Below, in pieces: positions 35,047 to 39,885 of a stretch of 39,885 bases of DNA (position 1 is its first letter; each line of letters starts with the position of its first letter). The notes under the pieces were generated by a model. It did no database searches and had not been told where the DNA came from. It saw only the letters and a program-made list of their open reading frames with translations. Origin of the DNA: Candidatus Omnitrophota bacterium (GTDB taxonomy: Bacteria > Omnitrophota > Gorgyraeia > B26-G9); NCBI GenBank assembly GCA_022013205.1, contig JAKLQT010000223.1, positions 1 to 39,885 on the forward strand, in the 5' to 3' direction. A program made the position numbers and the translations under genes.

Positions 35047-36828
35047 TTAATTATCCGCCCAATCCGTCTCCAGCCAGTCTGTCCCGTTCCACAATAAAGT
35101 CAAGATATCATCCAATCCCAAAACCCGCGAAGCCGCGCCGTATAATATTGTATTCGCAGCATGAGGAATTGTAACAGTATTCGTATCTGACGTTCCCTCT
35201 AATATAAGACTGTCTCCTATTGCCTTGCCGTCGGCAATAGCTGTAACCGCGTTTAACGTTACAGCTGAAGCAGGGCTTAACGGCACATATCCCTTAGGAT
35301 TTGTGCTTACATCAAGAGTACTGCCTGCAGCCGGCGCAACCGCTGCCTGCCGCTCAATAGTAATCCTGGTTTTGTCCGTGTATTTAGTGTTGGTACCTAA
35401 ATCCTTTATAGAGTTGGTAATAAAATTCCCCATAAGATAGTTATTCTCACATAGATTACTACTGATATTTATATCTGCTAGACTAGGAGATGTGAGATTA
35501 ATAATCCGATTAGAATGTATAATATTATTATCCGAATTAGTGCCTTCTAAAGCTATCTTTGAACGCGCCTCATTTATCCCATAAAAAAGATTCCCAAAAA
35601 TATTATTATCAGAAGAGTTGCGAATGGTAAAAGCTTCTACACTCCATCCAACCTGAAAATTATTGCCTGAGATAATATTAGAAGAACCACCATCGATAAG
35701 AGTAACCCAGCAAAGCCAGCCCCCTCCTGAAGTTACTTTCACAGTATTAGCTGAGAATATATTATAGGAGGAAGAGGAAAGGTGAAAAGGATTATATGGT
35801 GCTTCAATATAATTACCAGAGAAAATATTATTATCAGAAGAGTTAATATTTAAATTCGCCCATTGAACACCTGACTGAATAATATTATTATAGGTGATGG
35901 TATTGTTATCGGAAGATGATAGATATATAGAAAAAACTCCTCCTTGAATAGAGTTGCCGTTGATAATATTATTATTGGAAGAAGAAAGATTTATACTGCC
36001 CCACCTCGCTGAATTCAGATGAGTATTAGAAATAATATTGTTAGAAGAAGAGGAAAAAATAATCCCGCTTCCACTACCCAAACCTCCTTCAAATTTCTCT
36101 ACCCAGACTTCATCTATTTTTGAGTATGTAACAGAATTAAAATAAATACCTCCTTTTCCAATTGTATTTCCGTCAAGCATCAACTGAGAAATAAAGATTC
36201 TATTTACACTTACGGCATTAATCACATACACATTGCTTACACCTGAGGCCAATTTTAATACAGTCCCCGCGCCTGTTCCAATTATCGCTTTTCCCGAATC
36301 ATCCGGGGCAATATTATCCAGATTTATAGAAGCAGAGATATTATATGTCCCTTCCAAAAGATACACTGCCCCGCCGCTTGCCCCCAGATCATCAATCGCG
36401 GCTTGAATCTCTACCTGGTCATCCGTTCCGTCACAGGTATAGTCGGCTCTTGGGTTAACCCCTGCCGCGGTATCTATTGAATTGGATGCCGCCACGATTT
36501 TTGAGGCTATGGTTTTATCCGTGCCTGAGCCTGTGCCGAATCCCTGCCAGGTGCTTCCGTCGTAATATTTCACACTGTTTTCTGAGTCATCATAATACAT
36601 CTGGCCTTTCGCAGGCGCGCCGGGTGAGGCTGACTGGGGATTAAACACAAACCCGGAACGGTTATCCGCGGCAGTGCTGTTTATTTCAATGCTGCCGTTA
36701 ACCTCAAGTTTTTCCTGGGCGAAAATTAGTCCGCAGTCAATAGACAATAGCCCATAGCTAATAGCTAATAGCCCGCAGGTTAAAATCGTTCTTGTATAAA
36801 TGATTTTAAAAAACATCTTTCTTCTCAT
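35047..36828 (-). CDS. Secreted right-handed parallel beta-helix protein, paralog P3
   Basis: 593 aa with the same architecture. The middle is rich in SSS.NNI(I/F)S.N rungs, and the C-terminal 100 aa are nearly identical to P2. Confidence 0.8.
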   Translation of the reverse strand: MRRKMFFKIIYTRTILTCGLLAISYGLLSIDCGLIFAQEKLEVNGSIEINSTAADNRSGFVFNPQSASPGAPAKGQMYYDDSENSVKYYDGSTWQGFGTGSGTDKTIASKIVAASNSIDTAAGVNPRADYTCDGTDDQVEIQAAIDDLGASGGAVYLLEGTYNISASINLDNIAPDDSGKAIIGTGAGTVLKLASGVSNVYVINAVSVNRIFISQLMLDGNTIGKGGIYFNSVTYSKIDEVWVEKFEGGLGSGSGIIFSSSSNNIISNTHLNSARWGSINLSSSNNNIINGNSIQGGVFSIYLSSSDNNTITYNNIIQSGVQWANLNINSSDNNIFSGNYIEAPYNPFHLSSSSYNIFSANTVKVTSGGGWLCWVTLIDGGSSNIISGNNFQVGWSVEAFTIRNSSDNNIFGNLFYGINEARSKIALEGTNSDNNIIHSNRIINLTSPSLADINISSNLCENNYLMGNFITNSIKDLGTNTKYTDKTRITIERQAAVAPAAGSTLDVSTNPKGYVPLSPASAVTLNAVTAIADGKAIGDSLILEGTSDTNTVTIPHAANTILYGAASRVLGLDDILTLLWNGTDWLETDWADN

Positions 36829-36981
36829 TTTTTATTTTTTACTTTTAAATTTTAGTTTTACCTTTTTACTTTTAATTGTCCATCCATTTTTAATAACGTT
36901 CTCTTATTAGTATATCAGTGTGATCGAATTTTTAATCGGTGTAATCAGGTTCTTTAGTTCAACTTAAACAAGAAAGAACTA

Positions 36982-38652
36982 TCAAAACTCCGCTGTTGCC
37001 CGGATAACCTCTTCTAATGACGTAATTCCGGAAAGAGCTTTTTTAAACGCGTCTTCCCTCAAGCTCTCCATTCCCTGCGAGGTTAAATAGCGTTTAATCT
37101 CAACATCTGAAACTCTGTTTAAAATCATCTGCTTTATCTCATCATCAACAATAAACGCTTCAATAACCGCTATCCTTCCTTTGTATCCGCTTTTACTGCA
37201 TTTATCGCAGCCAACTGATTTATATAAGGCTACTTTTTCCGATTGCACATCAATAAAAAATTTTTTAAGTTCCGTCTTTTCTATTTCATATTCCTGTTTG
37301 CAATCCGGGCATAAACATCGGCATAATCTTTGAGCGGCAACCATAATCACGGAAGAAGCGACCAGAAATGGTTCAACCGCCATATCAACAAGCCTTGTAA
37401 TAGCGCTGGGAGCGTCATTAGTATGAAGAGTGCTCAAAACCAGATGCCCGGTTAATGCCGCTTTCATGGCAATATCCGCGGTCTCCAAGTCTCTTATCTC
37501 CCCGACCATCAGGATATCCGGGCTTTGACGCAGAACAGACCTCAAACACTGGGCAAATCCCAGGCCGATTTCTGGTTTGGTCTGAATCTGAGTTATTCCT
37601 CTAAGATGATATTCAATAGGATTTTCTATGGTTACAATACTTTTCTCCATCACGTTAAAACGGCTTAAAATCGCGTAGAGTGTGGTTGATTTTCCGCTGC
37701 CCGTGGGGCCGGTGATTAGGATTGCCCCATAGGGGATATTTATAGCTTTTGCTAATGTATTCAGCGATTTTCCCGAAAAACCAAGTTTTTCTAATTCAAA
37801 TTTTAGATTCCCCTTATCTAAAATACGAATAACAATCTTCTCTCCAAAATTAATCGGTAAAATTGAAACACGAAAATCCACATCCCGGCTTTTGAACTTC
37901 AGCCCAAAACGGCCGTCCTGCGGCAGCCTTCGCTGTGTAATATCTAAACGCGACATAATTTTAAACCGGGCGGTAAGGGCATCCTGAATATCTTTAGAAA
38001 AAGACTTTATATCGTGTAAAACTCCATCAATACGATATCTCAATCTTATATTATTTTCATAAGGCTCTATATGGATATCACTCGCCATACATTCTAAAGC
38101 TTCATTCAAAATAGAATTCGCGGCATTAACAATAGTTGTATCTTTACTGAGTTCCGCTACTTTTCTAATATTAAATTCTTCTGCCTTGGTTATTGACTCA
38201 AGCTCAATTTCCGGGATTAGCTCCTTATCAAAATCCATAGATTTACCAGACAAGCTATAATATAAATCAACCGCGTTAGTTATTTCCGCCGCGGAGCTGA
38301 TCACCGGATGTATTTCATAATCACTCAAAATTATGGCTAAATTATCTAACGTCAATACGTCAAGCGGATCAGCCATCGCAATGGTAAGCATCTGTCCAAT
38401 TTTGGAAATAGGGATAAGCTGATAGTTACGGCAATTTTTTTCCGTAATAAGCGCGATGACATCTTCAGGAATTTTATAATTAGATATTGTAATAAAAGGT
38501 TTCCCCAGCTTGAGGGAAAAATCAGCAACCTGTTCTATATCACCGCGCGAATAATTTTCCTCAAATAATTCCAGCGCGGAAGACTGCTCATCAGCAGCAG
38601 ACGCAGGATCAGCCTCTTCAGAATTTTCCTTTTGTCTTTCCTCAAAAACCAT
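36982..38652 (-). CDS. pilB: Type IV pilus / T2SS assembly ATPase PilB/GspE
   Basis: 556 aa with a GspE-N domain, Walker A GPTGSGKST, Asp box, Walker B, His box and a tetracysteine motif (CPDC...CDKC). Confidence 0.9.
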   Translation of the reverse strand: MVFEERQKENSEEADPASAADEQSSALELFEENYSRGDIEQVADFSLKLGKPFITISNYKIPEDVIALITEKNCRNYQLIPISKIGQMLTIAMADPLDVLTLDNLAIILSDYEIHPVISSAAEITNAVDLYYSLSGKSMDFDKELIPEIELESITKAEEFNIRKVAELSKDTTIVNAANSILNEALECMASDIHIEPYENNIRLRYRIDGVLHDIKSFSKDIQDALTARFKIMSRLDITQRRLPQDGRFGLKFKSRDVDFRVSILPINFGEKIVIRILDKGNLKFELEKLGFSGKSLNTLAKAINIPYGAILITGPTGSGKSTTLYAILSRFNVMEKSIVTIENPIEYHLRGITQIQTKPEIGLGFAQCLRSVLRQSPDILMVGEIRDLETADIAMKAALTGHLVLSTLHTNDAPSAITRLVDMAVEPFLVASSVIMVAAQRLCRCLCPDCKQEYEIEKTELKKFFIDVQSEKVALYKSVGCDKCSKSGYKGRIAVIEAFIVDDEIKQMILNRVSDVEIKRYLTSQGMESLREDAFKKALSGITSLEEVIRATAEF

Positions 38653-38744
38653 TTAGAACTACCCTTTCTATATAAAAATAAAAAGTGACAATAACCTTTA
38701 GCGGAGTTTACTCATTTTTTGAATCACATCTTAACTTACTACTT

Positions 38745-39885
38745 TTATTTTTCATCAGAAACCGTGCATCTTAAAACCTCTTCCAGAGATGTAATACCCC
38801 TTAGCATTAAATCCAAGCCTCCCTGCCTTAAAGTGACCATCCCTTCCTGCCTGGCCTGTTTCCTTATCAGGATTTCCTGCTGCCCCTGCTCTATTAATTT
38901 TTTAATTTCACGGCTAATCGGCAAAACTTCAATTATTGCCGTTCTTCCATAGTAACCTGTATTTAAACAAAACCCGCAGCCTTTGCTTTTATAAATATAC
39001 CCCGCGCCTTCAAATTCAGAGGCATTAATCCTATATTTTTCTATTTCCATGTTAATCGACGCGGGGATCAAATACCGCTCCTTACACTTCAGGCAAAGTT
39101 TCCTGACCAAAATCTGCGAAGATACAATAAGACAGGCGGAGGCAATCAAAAAGGATTCAATCCCCATATTTATCAAACGAATAATCGCGCCGCTTGCTGT
39201 TGCCGTATGAAGAGTACACAAAACCAGATGGCCGGTAAGCGCGCTTCTAACAGCCATTTGAGCGGGTTTAAAATCCCTAATTTCTCCCACTAGAATGATA
39301 TTCGGATCCTGTCTTAAGATAGATCTTAAAGCTACATCAAAAGTTAACCCAATATTTTCATCTACCGCGACCTGATTAATCCCATGCAGCTGATATTCGA
39401 TAGGATCCTCGACCGTAGTAATATTTTCTTCTATAGAATCCATATATTTAAGGATGGCGTACAAAGTCGTTGTTTTTCCGCTTCCTGTAGGCCCGGAAGC
39501 CACGATCATACCGTAAGGCTTATGTGTAGCCGCCTTTAATAATTCTACAGACCTTGAGTCTAAACCAAATTTATCTATATCCAAATTTACTCTTTCTTTA
39601 TCAAGTATCCGCAAAACAATCCTTTCTCCTGCCCTTGAAGGCATTGTTGAGATACGGAAATCAACCTCTTTCCCCGGCACCTTTATTTTAAATCTTCCAT
39701 CCTGGGGAAAACGATGTTCTGAAATATCAAGATCACTAATAACCTTAAGCCGGCTGATAATCCCGCTATGAAACGATATAGAAAAATTTTCAAATTTCTG
39801 TAAAACCCCATCAATACGAAACCGCACCTGGATTGAATCCTCTAAAGGCTCGATAAAAACATCACTCGCTCGATTTTCTATTGAC
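38745..39885 (-). CDS. Second PilB/GspE-class ATPase, 5'-partial (continues beyond the window end)
   Basis: The reading frame stays open to position 39885 (...SIENRASDVFIEPLEDSIQVRFRIDG). It has Walker A GPTGSGKTT and a tetracysteine motif (CLKC...CGFC), so it is PilB/GspE class rather than PilT class. Confidence 0.85.
   Translation of the reverse strand, partial: SIENRASDVFIEPLEDSIQVRFRIDGVLQKFENFSISFHSGIISRLKVISDLDISEHRFPQDGRFKIKVPGKEVDFRISTMPSRAGERIVLRILDKERVNLDIDKFGLDSRSVELLKAATHKPYGMIVASGPTGSGKTTTLYAILKYMDSIEENITTVEDPIEYQLHGINQVAVDENIGLTFDVALRSILRQDPNIILVGEIRDFKPAQMAVRSALTGHLVLCTLHTATASGAIIRLINMGIESFLIASACLIVSSQILVRKLCLKCKERYLIPASINMEIEKYRINASEFEGAGYIYKSKGCGFCLNTGYYGRTAIIEVLPISREIKKLIEQGQQEILIRKQARQEGMVTLRQGGLDLMLRGITSLEEVLRCTVSDEK

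Noticed and set aside
32442-35313. Diversity-generating retroelement (TR/VR pair) as an explanation for the near-identical P2/P3 C-terminal blocks
   Set aside because: No reverse transcriptase is present in the window. Both copies are inside intact paralogous genes. The two mismatches (coding-strand G/T and A/G) are too few to show adenine-specific mutagenesis. Gene conversion is the simpler reading.

Overview
AT-rich 39.9-kb window in which every gene I can support lies on the minus strand. All + strand ORFs in the track look like antisense shadows. No family name was checked against a database; all are recognised from motifs by eye. Taxon is unknown, though gene content and composition would fit an uncultivated low-GC lineage (speculation). 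Left half (1-20 kb) is housekeeping: FabK/nitronate-monooxygenase-like flavoenzyme, a tRNA-Pro/Arg/His cluster, rlmB, mgtE, a Na/Pi-cotransporter-PhoU protein, phasin-like genes, glgC, uppP, an RluA-family pseudouridine synthase, a small mono-heme cytochrome c, a GAF-ANTAR regulator, a PurF-like gene, DUF1846, carB and a truncated carA. Right half (20.2-39.9 kb) is one co-oriented type IV pilus / T2SS-like cluster, in transcription order: pilB-like (partial), pilB, [insert], pilC, three pseudopilins, pilN, pilO, pilP-like, pilQ, TPR protein, pilM. The most unusual content is the insert between the ATPase and platform genes. It holds three paralogous about 600-aa Sec-signal right-handed beta-helix (pectate-lyase/tailspike-like) proteins with conserved N- and C-terminal modules and divergent middles. 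These show localized near-identical DNA blocks, and there is a decayed fourth copy. Two toxin-antitoxin modules (DUF433/DUF5615 and an AbiEii-type nucleotidyltransferase pair) sit inside the array. Also notable are a pseudopilin fused to a six-blade Kelch-like propeller with two EF-hand-like loops (PilY1-like logic) and unusually long, conserved prepilin leaders. In the nucleotide-biosynthesis block, glutamine-amidotransferase functions appear eroded: carA is cut to 90 aa, the PurF-like protein has Cys1 replaced by Ser, and there is a possible Ntn-amidotransferase relic.
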